Source: Methanobacteriota archaeon
GTDB taxonomy: Archaea > Halobacteriota > Bog-38 > Methanoflorentales > Methanoflorentaceae
Direction of reading: 5' to 3'
DNA: 64,000 bases
NCBI GenBank assembly: GCA_963720465.1
Contig: OY970393.1
Span: 1,663,277-1,727,276 of the forward strand
Positions within the stretch are counted from its first letter, which is position 1. Every line of letters begins with the position of its first letter. The notes below the pieces were generated by a model. That model was not told the DNA's origin, did no database searches, and was given only the letters and a program-made list of their open reading frames with translations. Below, piece after piece: positions 29,127-39,141 of the stretch. The position numbers and the translations under genes were made by a program.

Positions 29127-32042
29127 ATGAGCAAAGAAGAGAAGCAGACAGGAGATAATCTGGTCATTATGGCCGGTTATCAGGCCATAGAACCGGCCGA
29201 GAAGAACTTCGACCAGCTCACGCAGCTGATAAAGGAAAAGAAAGTCACATGTGATGGCATGATCCTTGTCGAGCGCGACAAGGAGGGCCAGTCGAAGATC
29301 GCAGCCACCGTAGACCGCCTCGGTCGCCAGGGGACGGGCTGGACGGGGGGCGTCGGCCTCATTGTGGGCCTCGTCTCGCCACCCCTGCTGGGATCGGTTG
29401 CCACAGGGGCCGCGACCGGCGGACTGATTGGTAAATTCGCCAAGCGCAAGGTAGAGAGCGGCATTGAGAGTGGGCTTGGCGACAAGCTCAAGCCGGGCAC
29501 CGCCGCCATCATCGCCATCGTCGACAGCAAAGACCGGCTCGCAGCCGAGCAGGCGCTAACAGACTCGCCGGCTAAGTCGGTCGCGCAGATGGACGAGAAG
29601 GGCATTAAAGGCCTTAAGGAGAGCTTGGCAGAAGCGGCCGGCAAGTTCACCCCCGACCGCACCGTGCTGCCAATCCCCGATCGGACCTTCGGCGGGACAA
29701 TCGGGCGGACGATGGATACGTCTGTTGCCGATTGGACAATCGTCCCCGGACCCAAGGCGCCGGATGACGCCCCTAACGTCCTCGTCATGCTCATCGATGA
29801 CGCTGGGTTCGGCAACCCAGACACGTTTGGCGGTCTGATTAGAACTCCAAACCTCACGCGGGTACAGGAAATGGGCACCACCTATACCAGCTTTCACGTA
29901 ACAGCCTTGTGCTCCCCGACTCGTGCCGCTCTGCTGACTGGCTGCAACCACCATCGGGTGGGATTCGGCTCGGTAGCCGAGTTTCCGGGTCCGTTCCCGG
30001 GCTATTCAACAGCGAGGCCACGAAGCTGCACAGCATTCCCCCGCATCTTGCAGGAGAACGGGTACGTTACAGGCGGGTTCGGCAAATGGCACCTTACTCC
30101 AGACAATGTCCAGGGTGCCGCAGGACCGTTCGACCACTGGCCGCAGTCGTGGGGCTTCGACCACTATTGGGGGTTTTTGAGCGGGGCAGCAGGCCAGTAC
30201 GATCCCATCATCACGCAGGACAACTCCATTTTGGGCGTGCCGGAGGGTAAGAACGGCACACAATACTACTTCCCCGACGACTTGACCGATAAGGCCATAG
30301 AATGGTTACACGCGGTGCGCGCCCAGGACGCTAGCAAACCGTGGTTGCTCTACTATGCCACGGGCTGCAGTCACGCACCTCATCACGTCGCGAAGGAGTG
30401 GGCCGATAAGTACAAGGGCCAATTCGACAAAGGCTGGGACAAACTGCGCGAGGAAATCCTCGCCCGGCAAAAGCAGCTGGGAGTCGTCCCCCTGGACACA
30501 GAGCTGACGGAGCGGCCCGACATCTTCCCAGCGTGGGAATCGCTCAACGATGCGGAGAAGAAGCTCTATGCCCGACAGATGGAAGTGTACGCCGGCTTCT
30601 CGGAGAACGCCGATTGGAACGTCGGCCGATTGCTCAATGTCATCGAGGATATGGGTGACTTGGACAACACACTCATCTTTTACATCTGGGGCGACAACGG
30701 CGCTAGCATGGAGGGAACGCTCACCGGTTCGTTCAACGAGATGACGTTCCTCAACGGCGTTCCTCTCGACGCCGAGCAGCAGTTGAAACTCATCGATGAG
30801 TACGGGGGCATGGAAGCACTCGGCGGGATTCAAACTGCACCGCACTACGCTGCGGCGTGGGCACACGCTGGTAACGTTCCATTCCAGTGGGGCAAGCAGA
30901 TGGCAAGCCACCTCGGGGGAACGAGAAACCCCATGACCGTCGCGTGGCCGAACCGGATCAAGCAACGAGGCTTGCGCACGCAATTTACGCACTGCATCGA
31001 CGTGGGTCCGACCATCCTCGAAGCAGCGGGAATCCCCGAGCCCAACATAGTTGACGGCATCCCCCAGGTACCTATGGACGGCACGAGTTTCTTGTATACC
31101 TTCGACGACGCCAAAGCCGACGAACGTCACACTGTCCAGTACTTCGAGATCCTCGGCAGCCGGGCCATTTACAACGACGGCTGGTGGGCGTGCACAAGAC
31201 TTGACAAAGCACCGTGGGACTTATCGCCTGAAACGATCGGACGATTCGCACCTGGGGTCTACGATCCGGAGAACGACCTGTGGGAGCTCTACTACCTTCC
31301 TGACGACTTTTCACAAGCCAAAAACCTCGCCGCTGCGAATCCCGACAAGCTCAAAGAGCTGCAGGACCTGTGGTGGAAAGAGGCCGAGCGCAACAAGGTG
31401 TTGCCGCTCCTCGGCGGCTTATCCATCTTCTTCGGAATACTGCCACCGCTGCCTACGATAACCCGGTTCAGCTTTGCTGGCGACGTCCAGAACGTTCAGC
31501 GCGGCATGATCCCGCGCATCTTCGGCCGCTCGTACGCCATCGAAGCCGAGCTCAACGTGCCTGAAGGGGGTGCCGAAGGCGTGATCCTCGCTAACGCCGA
31601 CTTCATCGGCGGGTTCGGCTTGTGGGTCGATGACAAGGGGCTGCTCAACCACACCTATTCGTTCCTAGGCGTCGAGTCTTATAAGCAAACCGCTACCGAG
31701 AAGCTGCCGACAGGCGACATCACCGTGCGCATGCAGTTCGCGGCCGACGAAAACAAGCCTGGCACCGGAGGGCACGTCATGCTGTTCGCGAACGGCAAAA
31801 AGATCGGCGAGGGCACAATCCCGCGGACGGTGCCCATATCCTTCTCAAGCTATGCAGGCATGGATGTGGGCCGCGACAACGGTTTGGTCGTTGACCGGGC
31901 GTATGAAGATAAGGCCCCGTACGCTTTTACTGGCACCGTCAAGAGAGTAATATTCGACCTCAAGCCCGCGGCGCACGAGGACGAGAAAGGTCTGCACGAA
32001 GCCGCGCAGCACGCCGCCCTTGCTCACGGAGCTGCAGGCTGA
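29127..32042 (+). CDS. Cys-type (formylglycine) arylsulfatase with an N-terminal DUF1269-like glycine-zipper domain
   Basis: Residues ~10-190 repeat the architecture of the 4346 protein (..GMILVERDKEGQSKI..GWTGGVGLIVGLVSPPLLGSVATGAATGGLIG..AAIIAIVD..). The sulfatase core follows, with NVLVMLIDDAGFGN, the FGly motif LCSPTRAALLTGCNHH and GKWHL. The large C-terminal beta domain is as in AtsA-like enzymes. No signal peptide is present. Confidence 0.9.
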   Translation: MSKEEKQTGDNLVIMAGYQAIEPAEKNFDQLTQLIKEKKVTCDGMILVERDKEGQSKIAATVDRLGRQGTGWTGGVGLIVGLVSPPLLGSVATGAATGGLIGKFAKRKVESGIESGLGDKLKPGTAAIIAIVDSKDRLAAEQALTDSPAKSVAQMDEKGIKGLKESLAEAAGKFTPDRTVLPIPDRTFGGTIGRTMDTSVADWTIVPGPKAPDDAPNVLVMLIDDAGFGNPDTFGGLIRTPNLTRVQEMGTTYTSFHVTALCSPTRAALLTGCNHHRVGFGSVAEFPGPFPGYSTARPRSCTAFPRILQENGYVTGGFGKWHLTPDNVQGAAGPFDHWPQSWGFDHYWGFLSGAAGQYDPIITQDNSILGVPEGKNGTQYYFPDDLTDKAIEWLHAVRAQDASKPWLLYYATGCSHAPHHVAKEWADKYKGQFDKGWDKLREEILARQKQLGVVPLDTELTERPDIFPAWESLNDAEKKLYARQMEVYAGFSENADWNVGRLLNVIEDMGDLDNTLIFYIWGDNGASMEGTLTGSFNEMTFLNGVPLDAEQQLKLIDEYGGMEALGGIQTAPHYAAAWAHAGNVPFQWGKQMASHLGGTRNPMTVAWPNRIKQRGLRTQFTHCIDVGPTILEAAGIPEPNIVDGIPQVPMDGTSFLYTFDDAKADERHTVQYFEILGSRAIYNDGWWACTRLDKAPWDLSPETIGRFAPGVYDPENDLWELYYLPDDFSQAKNLAAANPDKLKELQDLWWKEAERNKVLPLLGGLSIFFGILPPLPTITRFSFAGDVQNVQRGMIPRIFGRSYAIEAELNVPEGGAEGVILANADFIGGFGLWVDDKGLLNHTYSFLGVESYKQTATEKLPTGDITVRMQFAADENKPGTGGHVMLFANGKKIGEGTIPRTVPISFSSYAGMDVGRDNGLVVDRAYEDKAPYAFTGTVKRVIFDLKPAAHEDEKGLHEAAQHAALAHGAAG

Positions 32043-32296
32043 GTGAGTTAAATTAGCAGGCGTTCGACCGCAGGCCGTTAGGGAGAAGGGTGGACGTAAT
32101 AGCTCTAGCGTTTTGTCCGCTCGAAGATCGAAAATGTGGTGTTAAACTGGAAGTAGTTTTTTTGCAACAAGAGACAAGCAAATTCGCTGCTAAATACACA
32201 AAGTGGTAAGCATGGTACAGCACGTGATGAGCTTTGTAAGCATTATACTGTACGTGAAGCTCGAGCAATTCGGCCCTCTGTGAGACGGCGGTTGTG

Positions 32297-32688
32297 TCAG
32301 AGCCTCGGCCACACAAAAAAGAACGGGGGTGGGTGGTACATCCATCTTCCCAAAAGGTCTGCTGTTATCAACTCTAACCCGAATATGATCAGAGCTAGGG
32401 CTAGCAAGAGTACTGCAGTGGCTCCGCCCAGCGGGGGATATACCAGCACGACAAAGCCGACTATGACTGCGATGATGCCGACTACGATCATCCCCCGAGT
32501 GGCGCGTGCGACGGTCACGAATCCCATCAAGATAAACGCCAGTCCTACCAGCCACGCGAGAGTTAATCCTCCGTAAAAGACCGGGGCGAGTATCGTTATT
32601 GCGAGTAGAAATACAATCGCTGATAGAATCAAGAGCAGAAGTCGCTGCCATCGTCAGATGCCTTCTGAAAATCCGAGCCAATTGGACA
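32297..32688 (-). pseudogene. HdeD/DUF308 paralogue no. 1: 5'-truncated, in-frame TGA, stop codon lost
   Basis: FSEGI*RWQRLLLLILSAIVFLLAI.. aligns with copy 3 FSEGISGWRRLLNLILSIIALLLAL.., so TCA has become TGA. The first about 58 codons and the conserved leader are absent. The terminal ..LGRWV* has become ..LGRWMYHPPPFFFVWPRL*. Confidence 0.75.
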
Positions 32689-32691
32689 AAG

Positions 32692-32970
32692 CTAGGATTT
32701 TCCGGTAACCAGGGCCGTAGTGGTTGTCAGGCCAATGTATCCAAGCTCATGCGTGTTAGCGGTCGCAACGGTGACGGTGGGCAAGATGGCGGCAAAAGGC
32801 GTGTCCAGCACCATCACGGCAGCCGCTGCTACAACTCCCTTGATTAGCAAACTGGTAGGCAAGTCAAGAAAGAGCAGGCAGATTGCGAACGCTAACCGTG
32901 GTAGACGCGAGCATCGTTGGGAAGATAGCTCCCCTCCGAGGTACCCCGACAGCGCTAAACCAGGACCTTA
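32692..32970 (-). pseudogene. ClC channel 3' fragment no. 2 (about 90 codons, at least 2 frameshifts)
   Basis: LALSGYLGG / AIFPTMLASTTVS.. / ..LDTPFAAILPTVTVATANTHELGYIGLTTTTALVTGKS* aligns with the intact ..LGLSFKSGYLGGPIFPTLFASTMIAL..LGAPFAAILLTVTVATASTYELGYIGLATATALVIGTAF. Its stop (32692-32694) abuts the DUF308 remnant. Confidence 0.7.
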
Positions 32971-33536
32971 AATAGACCGGCATCTCAGTCTTTAAAGCTG
33001 TCGAATCATACTCACGCACGGAGTCAGCGGAATTGACTGGAAGCACTGCAAACATCCGTTGCCTGAAAATGTGGATCATGCTTGTGTGCAGTATTGGGTA
33101 AAAGTGAACTTCGAATCCTAAACCCATTAACAATAACGTGCCCTGCTGTCCTTCCCTTTCTTGCGCTTCTCGAACTCTGTTCAGTCATCTCGTTGAAAAG
33201 TGGCGACCTAATAAGTGACTTAAATTCGTGAGCGTTATAGCCACTATTTAATTCATTGCCAATTACCGGTTGTATCAATATCGAGAGCCACGATAGCGCT
33301 ATTGGGTTATTCAAAAGACGATCTTACACTTGACTTTCAGAAGCGTGAACGAGCATCTAAAAAACGCGATTGTGTATGGTTATTGTTTCAGCTGTACGTC
33401 AATCGCTGCTATTCAGTACACATCTCGCGCGCCCCAACAAATACGATCTAAAAAACTCGAGAAATTCAATTTTTTCCACTCAATAAAGGAATAAATAAAT
33501 ATAACGATTAAACATATTCAACAGGAGGTGAAAATC

Positions 33537-33695
33537 ATGGCTGAGAGAAGACAACTGAGTGGCGGTGGGATGATACTACTTGCTGTTATACTTGCAATCA
33601 TCTTAGCGCTATTTCCATTCTTGGTAATTTGGCTAGCTTGGCTCGCAATTATCATATTGTTCTTAGGTGGGATTGCTGCCCTATTCACGCGATAA
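33537..33695 (+). CDS. 52-aa two-TM micro-protein
   Basis: GGAGGTGA at 33524-33531 lies 5 nt before the ATG. The product is MAERRQLSGGGMILLAVILAIILALFPFLVIWLAWLAIIILFLGGIAALFTR*. It resembles a single DUF308-type helical hairpin and shares the MAE start. Confidence 0.4.
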   Translation: MAERRQLSGGGMILLAVILAIILALFPFLVIWLAWLAIIILFLGGIAALFTR

Positions 33696-34646
33696 TTCAG
33701 TCATAACCTTGAATACTTAAAATCTCTTTATTTTTTTCTTCTTCAGGCATAGGTTTCAATATACTGCAGGTACTTATCCTTTCTATCAGCAGTTTCGTCG
33801 TTTATTTTTAAATTTAGAGCCGTGGAGGCCTCGGATATTTTACTTCGACAGAAGGCCTATGAGCTCGTCAAAATCAAAAAAATGCCCTCTGAGTCCCTCT
33901 AGACCCACACATAAACGCTTTTACAAAATAGACGTCTTGAAGCGCCCCCCAGATCCAATGCAACCTTTGCTACCCTCCTCCATATAATATCCAATGCAAC
34001 ATGCCTTTCTACATTTAGTGCGCCTAAAGGCCTGGCTTACGAGTTTTTTTCCACACCGATCACAAGTAACGAGTACTCTCCCTGGGCGAGTGCTGCCAAA
34101 AATTGAAAACCAATCCTTCCAAGACATTTTCACCGCGGCTTAAAATGACAGTGTCCGTTAATATCGTCTTATCCTCCTTGCCTATTTAAGACATCATGAG
34201 CGTTACCCCTCTGCCGCATAGAGCCTATTGTAGCCGTCAACTCTGCATGAGTGTGCAGATATTCTTCATAGAGTTCAACATAACTACGCACTTCCTTCTC
34301 CCTTTTTCCAAACAGGAGCGTATGGCGTGCTTTAGGGCTCTTTTATCATAGGTCTCGTATTTCATCTGTCATTGACACCACCTCATAATGTAGCAAAACC
34401 TCATATTATCCAGCGCTAAACTCAGCAGCTATCATTCCCTTTGCAATTCGCGCTCGCGGCCGTTTTGAAAGAAAAAACCAGCATCGCAAAAAATTATCCG
34501 GATCGTGAAAAACGTTAGCGAAAGCAGACTCTCTTTTTGGATCAACTCCAAAACGAGGAAGTGAGGGTGGTCGGGCAAGGGACCCAGAGAATCAAAACAA
34601 TTGCCTCGAAACTCGACTCCGCCGATGAATTGATCACCCTATTTCG

Positions 34647-35301
34647 TTATCCTCCGAGTGTGATATCTTGCTTTTTATACCAATCGAGCGCAGCGTAAAA
34701 ATGTTCTGGCTTAAAAGCTGGCCAATACTCATCAATGACGTAGATATCGGCATATACTGCTTGTGCTGGCAAAAAGCCGCTTAATCGGCGTCTGCCCCCC
34801 CCATCGGATAATGAGATCGATCCGCGAAATATCGGACGAGCGAAGCATCTTTATGACGCTCGGCGTCCTTGTCTCCTTCTGCGGCCAGCGTGTGTGAGCT
34901 TGCAGATCCCATTGCCAACTATAATTGACCAAGAAGTTCACCTTCATCGTCCCTTTGCCAAATGACGTGCACGTTGTGTAAGGGAGAAGCTCTTTTGGGA
35001 ACATGGCGGATTCTGTGTCTCCTAAAACGAGAAAGCGAACATCTTCACCTTTAATAATCTCCACAGCGTCGATGCAGGCTTTCTGGAAGGCTTTCCTTTG
35101 GTGTTCTGCTCTCTTTGTATTATCTTGAGTAAAGCCATAAGCAGTAACCTCCTTTATCCCCGCTTTGATGCAAAGCCGCAAAACTTCAAGGCCTGGCGGC
35201 AAACCAGCCTCATAGCCAGCCTCCTTGGGCAATCCTCTCTCTATTGCCCATCGTCGGTTCCCATCAGGTATGACGCCAATGTGCTTTGGTACTTTGTTCA
35301 T
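34647..35301 (-). pseudogene. uppS: cis-prenyltransferase (undecaprenyl/dehydrodolichyl-diphosphate synthase) interrupted at a homopolymer
   Basis: HIGVIPDGNRRWA and ..IDLIIRWGG. After the C8 run (34795-34802, G8 on the coding strand) the conserved RRRLSGFLPAQAVYADIYVIDEYWPAFKPEHFYAALDWYKKQ..* continues in another frame. A G7 run would give one intact ORF. Confidence 0.85.
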
Positions 35302-35527
35302 GTGGTCTGAATGGTCAGTAGCTCATGCTCTCATTATACGAAAAGCCAAGCAAGCAATGAACACCCTACGGGAGCCTTGCTAAGCTTGGCAGCGACCTTC
35401 AGATGATCAGAGCGATCACCTAATATTTAAGTAATTCCTGTGCGGCAGGCCAGGCGTCCCGTAATGACCTGTGCAACAAAGCGGCAGGAGTTGTTTCTCG
35501 CCGCACAAGTTTGAAGGAGAGAATATC

Positions 35528-36001
35528 ATGACGACACACAAAGGACCAGCCTCGCTACCGAGCCACCAAGTTCCTGAAAAAAAGCAGACAAGTTTGGGGC
35601 TTTATGTGACGGCGAAAGAGGCTTATGAGATGTGGAAGACTGCGCCCGAGCGGGTCAACATCCTCGACGTTCGCACCCCTGAAGAGTACGTTTTCGTCGG
35701 CCACGCGGAAATGGCGAGGAACATTCCCCTCGTCTTCGTAAAACACCAGTGGGACGCTGACAGCAACCAGTTCGTTATGGAGCCCAACCCCGATTTCATC
35801 TCCCGCGTGAAGGGTCTGTTCGCGCCCACCGACACGCTGTTGGTCATGTGCCGGACGGGGGGCCGTAGCGCCAAGGCGGTCAACGCCTTGCCAAATCAGG
35901 GTTTGCGAACGTTTACAACATCATCGACGGCATGGAAGGAGACAAAGTTGAACGCGCCGGCCGACAGCTATAGAGAGAAAGGACACAAAAGGCAAATGTA
36001 G
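35528..36001 (+). CDS. single-domain rhodanese-like sulfurtransferase (C-terminal segment probably out of frame)
   Basis: NILDVRTPEEY..GH and the active-site loop VMCRTGGRSAKA. After ..AVNAL the expected AKSGFANVYNIIDGMEGDKV is encoded in the -1 frame (1-nt gap near 35890). The listed frame stays open by chance. Confidence 0.75.
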   Translation: MTTHKGPASLPSHQVPEKKQTSLGLYVTAKEAYEMWKTAPERVNILDVRTPEEYVFVGHAEMARNIPLVFVKHQWDADSNQFVMEPNPDFISRVKGLFAPTDTLLVMCRTGGRSAKAVNALPNQGLRTFTTSSTAWKETKLNAPADSYREKGHKRQM

Positions 36002-36041
36002 TTATAAACTGTGGAACATCTGCGAGTAAAAAGAGAGAAAA

Positions 36042-36752
36042 ATGAATTCGTATAGAAAGACCGCCATAATTGTCGGAGTATTATTTATAATTGCGACAGT
36101 TGCGTCTTTATTAAGCGTTGTTTTTTTAGGTTCTACTCTAACTGCTCAAAATTATCTTACGACTGTCTCAGCAAACGAAAACCAAGTGCTCATAGCAGTG
36201 ATATTTGAGTTAATAGGTGCCGTTTCAGTTTTTAGCATCGCAGTTATGCTGTTTCCAGTCCTTAAGCAGTATACTGAAAGTTTAGCGCTTGAGTATGTTG
36301 GTTTCAGGCTTATTGAGGCCGTTTTCACTATCGTTGGTTCTCTCAGTCTGCTATCACTATTAACGTTAAGTCAGGAGTACGTAGCAGGAGCACTGGATGT
36401 CTCATATTACCAACCGCTAGGCACCGTATTGCTGGCATTACGTACGTGGTCCAGTTTCTATTTGGTGGCTTTGATCTTTGGTTTAGGAAGCCTGACTCTT
36501 AATTATGTATTGTACCAATCAAAACTCGTTCCTCGATTGATATCAGTCTGGGGTCTCGTTGGAGCCGCATTAATCTTATTATATGCCGCGTTAAGTTTGT
36601 TCGTCCTTAAAACGAGTCTGATATCAACGACCTGGACCGTATTGGCCGTTCCAATAGCCGTGCAGGAAATGGTATTCGCGGTATGGCTTATCGTAAAAGG
36701 ATTCAATCCATCAGCAATCGCTTCCTTGTCTGCCAAAACAGATACAAACTAA
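36042..36752 (+). CDS. DUF4386-like integral membrane protein
   Basis: N-terminal ..YRKTAIIVGVLFIIATVASLLS.. and about 6 TM helices. AT-richer than flanking genes. The family call comes from overall pattern only. Confidence 0.55.
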   Translation: MNSYRKTAIIVGVLFIIATVASLLSVVFLGSTLTAQNYLTTVSANENQVLIAVIFELIGAVSVFSIAVMLFPVLKQYTESLALEYVGFRLIEAVFTIVGSLSLLSLLTLSQEYVAGALDVSYYQPLGTVLLALRTWSSFYLVALIFGLGSLTLNYVLYQSKLVPRLISVWGLVGAALILLYAALSLFVLKTSLISTTWTVLAVPIAVQEMVFAVWLIVKGFNPSAIASLSAKTDTN

Positions 36753-36792
36753 GTTTGATGAAACGTGGTTTTGACCTATATCTAGTGAGGGT

Positions 36793-37401
36793 ATGTCCAA
36801 GAAAGTGTTAATCGTCTACGGAAGCCGTTACGGCAGCACCGAGGAGATCGCACGCGCTATGGTAGAGATCTTAGATGGGGAGGGTCTCGAAACACAGCTG
36901 CTTGATCTCAAACACACGAAGCAGAAGCAATGGCCCGCATTGGCGTCGTTTGATGGCCTGCTCATCGGCTCGGGGATCAAGATTAACCGATGGACGAAGG
37001 AGGCGACAGCCTTTCTTAAGGCGCACGCTGACGAGCTCAAAGGGTTAAAGCCGAAAGGGTTAGTTGTCGGCGTGTTTGTAAGCAGTGGGATGGCGTCGAC
37101 TCCCGGGAAGCAGGAAGAAGCGCGGCGGAAGTATCTCGAGGAGGTGCTCAGCGACGTTGGCATCACTGACGCAGTCGATATGTACGACGCGTTTGGCGCC
37201 GTATACGATCTCTCGCCCTCTGCCCCCATGGGCTTTCTTGACAAGCGAATGCTCGGCATGGCTGCAAAACAGATGGCCAAAGACACCGACACCCCGTTAA
37301 CAGAAGGGGCTCGTAATGACTTACGCGATTGGGATCAGATCCGGGCATTTACGGAGCATTTCGCGGAGTTGGTGAGCGCAGGAGATAGCAAGCAATGTTG
37401 A
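36793..37401 (+). CDS. flavodoxin-domain protein (HemG/flavodoxin_5-like)
   Basis: MSKKVLIVYGSRYGSTEEIA FMN-binding loop, LIGSGIKINRW. Confidence 0.8.
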   Translation: MSKKVLIVYGSRYGSTEEIARAMVEILDGEGLETQLLDLKHTKQKQWPALASFDGLLIGSGIKINRWTKEATAFLKAHADELKGLKPKGLVVGVFVSSGMASTPGKQEEARRKYLEEVLSDVGITDAVDMYDAFGAVYDLSPSAPMGFLDKRMLGMAAKQMAKDTDTPLTEGARNDLRDWDQIRAFTEHFAELVSAGDSKQC

Positions 37402-37621
37402 CGGTGTCAGATGCATCTTGTTCGGCCCTCTGCTGGCAACGCGCTCACAAAGCGTGCAAATAGCAATTGTCATAGCTGGAGGCGCGGGATAGAGTAAAGT
37501 AATATTGCAGCATGAGGTCGTGCAGGAACTGCGGACGCCCCAAGCAGTGTGTTTTAGTCTCACAAACGACACAGGTCCTGTTCTTGGGGGCGTCCGCACT
37601 CCAGCTATTACTTTCTGTGAG

Positions 37622-37808
37622 CTTTTAGCTAACAATTACCCCGATAGGGCCCGTATCTTACCCTATAAACAACGACCAGGCAGAGGTCGATGAGCTCATC
37701 ATTGAAATCGCGCACTACAAAAACGACTATGCCGATATGGCCGCCGAAAGACTTTTCAGGAAGTGCTCGACCAGTTGGGAGTCTTACCAATACCTTCGGG
37801 ACTGTTAG
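37622..37808 (+). repeat. copy A of a ~190-nt duplicated small-gene unit (start codon ATG changed to ATA)
   Basis: cttttagctaacaattaccc.. plus a coding part INNDQAEVDELIIEIAHYKNDYADMAAERLFRKCSTSWESYQYLRDC*. It aligns over its whole length with 41694-41904. No in-frame start codon lies upstream (TAG at about 37626). Confidence 0.6.
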
Positions 37809-37837
37809 CCCCGGCAGGAGAGAGTAAAGCCACGATA

Positions 37838-38332
37838 CTACGGCACTAAGACAGTATCAATAATGTGGATGACACCGTTGCTGCCTTCAATATCGGCCTC
37901 TTTTACCACCGCGTCATTGACCTTTATGCCGTGGCGCAACCAGCGCTGCTCCTCAATCTTGAGCGTTGCGCCTTGCATGGTAGTAACGCTTTTTTCCTTG
38001 CGCAAGTTCGAGGCCACAAGCCTCTCTGGAACGACGTGATAGGTCAAGATGTTCTTCGCTTTGTCAGCGTCTTCGAGCGCACTCATTATCGTGCTTCCTT
38101 GAAGCTTATCGAATGCTTCGTTCTCAGGAGCAAAAAGCGTAATCCCTTGGGCATTTTTAAGGGTATCGGCTAATCCCGCCATCACAATCGTACTGTGGAC
38201 TCTCGATAGTTCATCGATGTGCGACAGAATCGTAACGACATCTAAGTTGAATTTCATCTTAATCACCTGCTTTGCTGACCAGCCGCGCTGGATTTGCTTA
38301 TAAAGACTTGTGCATTTAAGAAGTTTTCTCAA
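37838..38332 (-). CDS. fasciclin (FAS1) domain protein
   Basis: TLFAPENEAFDKL, LTYHVVP and GSNGVIHIIDTVLVP are FAS1 H1/YH/H2 boxes. The likely true start is ATG 38257 (MKFNLDV..). Confidence 0.85.
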   Translation of the reverse strand: MRKLLKCTSLYKQIQRGWSAKQVIKMKFNLDVVTILSHIDELSRVHSTIVMAGLADTLKNAQGITLFAPENEAFDKLQGSTIMSALEDADKAKNILTYHVVPERLVASNLRKEKSVTTMQGATLKIEEQRWLRHGIKVNDAVVKEADIEGSNGVIHIIDTVLVP

Positions 38333-38747
38333 ATTATTGAAGGAAGCGCCCGTAATCGCTTGCGAATCTCTTCTTTTTTTTTCACAAGTTTAGTTTCTCA
38401 CCGCACGCGGCATGGTCTTTTTGCGCTGTGCTCTGCAGACACGTCTATCATGAACTGGACTAGGTGGCATCGTTCGTCGAGGGATGCACCGATAGTGAAC
38501 TGCAAGAGATGCGAAAACTACTCTCACTGCGGATTGCGCGGCGATAGAAAGCATGTTCCGTATTGCGTACATTACAGACGTTCTCGACCTATTCAGAGCT
38601 TCTTGTGTTGATTCATTTAAATTTGAAAGCTTCAAGCTTCTCGAGGCTAAAATAGAGGCCGCTTTGTCGGCAGAAAGGCCATTAGAAAAAACCACACATG
38701 AAATATGTCATGCCGTCCATGCGTTAGCACCGAGTAGGAGGGAGAAA

Positions 38748-39023
38748 ATGCTCACCAAGGCGTTAGTTTTGACGGACGACGAGGCGGAGCTGCTAAGTCG
38801 CGCGCTTGAAGAAGTGAAGACCAAAACCTTTGAAGAGTTCCAGATTAGCCTAGATGATTTAGGTGCTCTCAACGCTCTTGTTTCACATTTCAGGGACGCA
38901 GCAGAAAAGGAACCGGATAAGGAAGCACATCAAATATCCGTTAACCCATTGAGCAAACGCCTCTTTTTAGGGCACTTCATCGGTAGAGAAGGCGGTACAG
39001 ACACAGCGGGCGGGTCGCAGTAG
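38748..39023 (+). CDS. hypothetical protein (91 aa)
   Basis: An internal ATG preceded by AGGAGGGAG is a better start than the listed 38553. No motif recognised. Confidence 0.45.
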   Translation: MLTKALVLTDDEAELLSRALEEVKTKTFEEFQISLDDLGALNALVSHFRDAAEKEPDKEAHQISVNPLSKRLFLGHFIGREGGTDTAGGSQ

Positions 39024-39141
39024 AGTTGACCTCGCACGAGCAACTGACACAAGTAGATTGCAGCACTCAGGCCACATAGCGCGCAAATCCGGGCGAAAGG
39101 ACTTATTCTTGCACGTTAAATGACGTGACAGGTGACAAACC

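Noticed and set aside
7822-34802. G8/C8 homopolymers (7822-7829, 28992-28999, 34795-34802) as a coordinated phase-variation system.
   Set aside because: My rough expectation for runs of this length in 64 kb at this base composition is about three, so the count is unremarkable. Only the uppS tract lies in a coding region.
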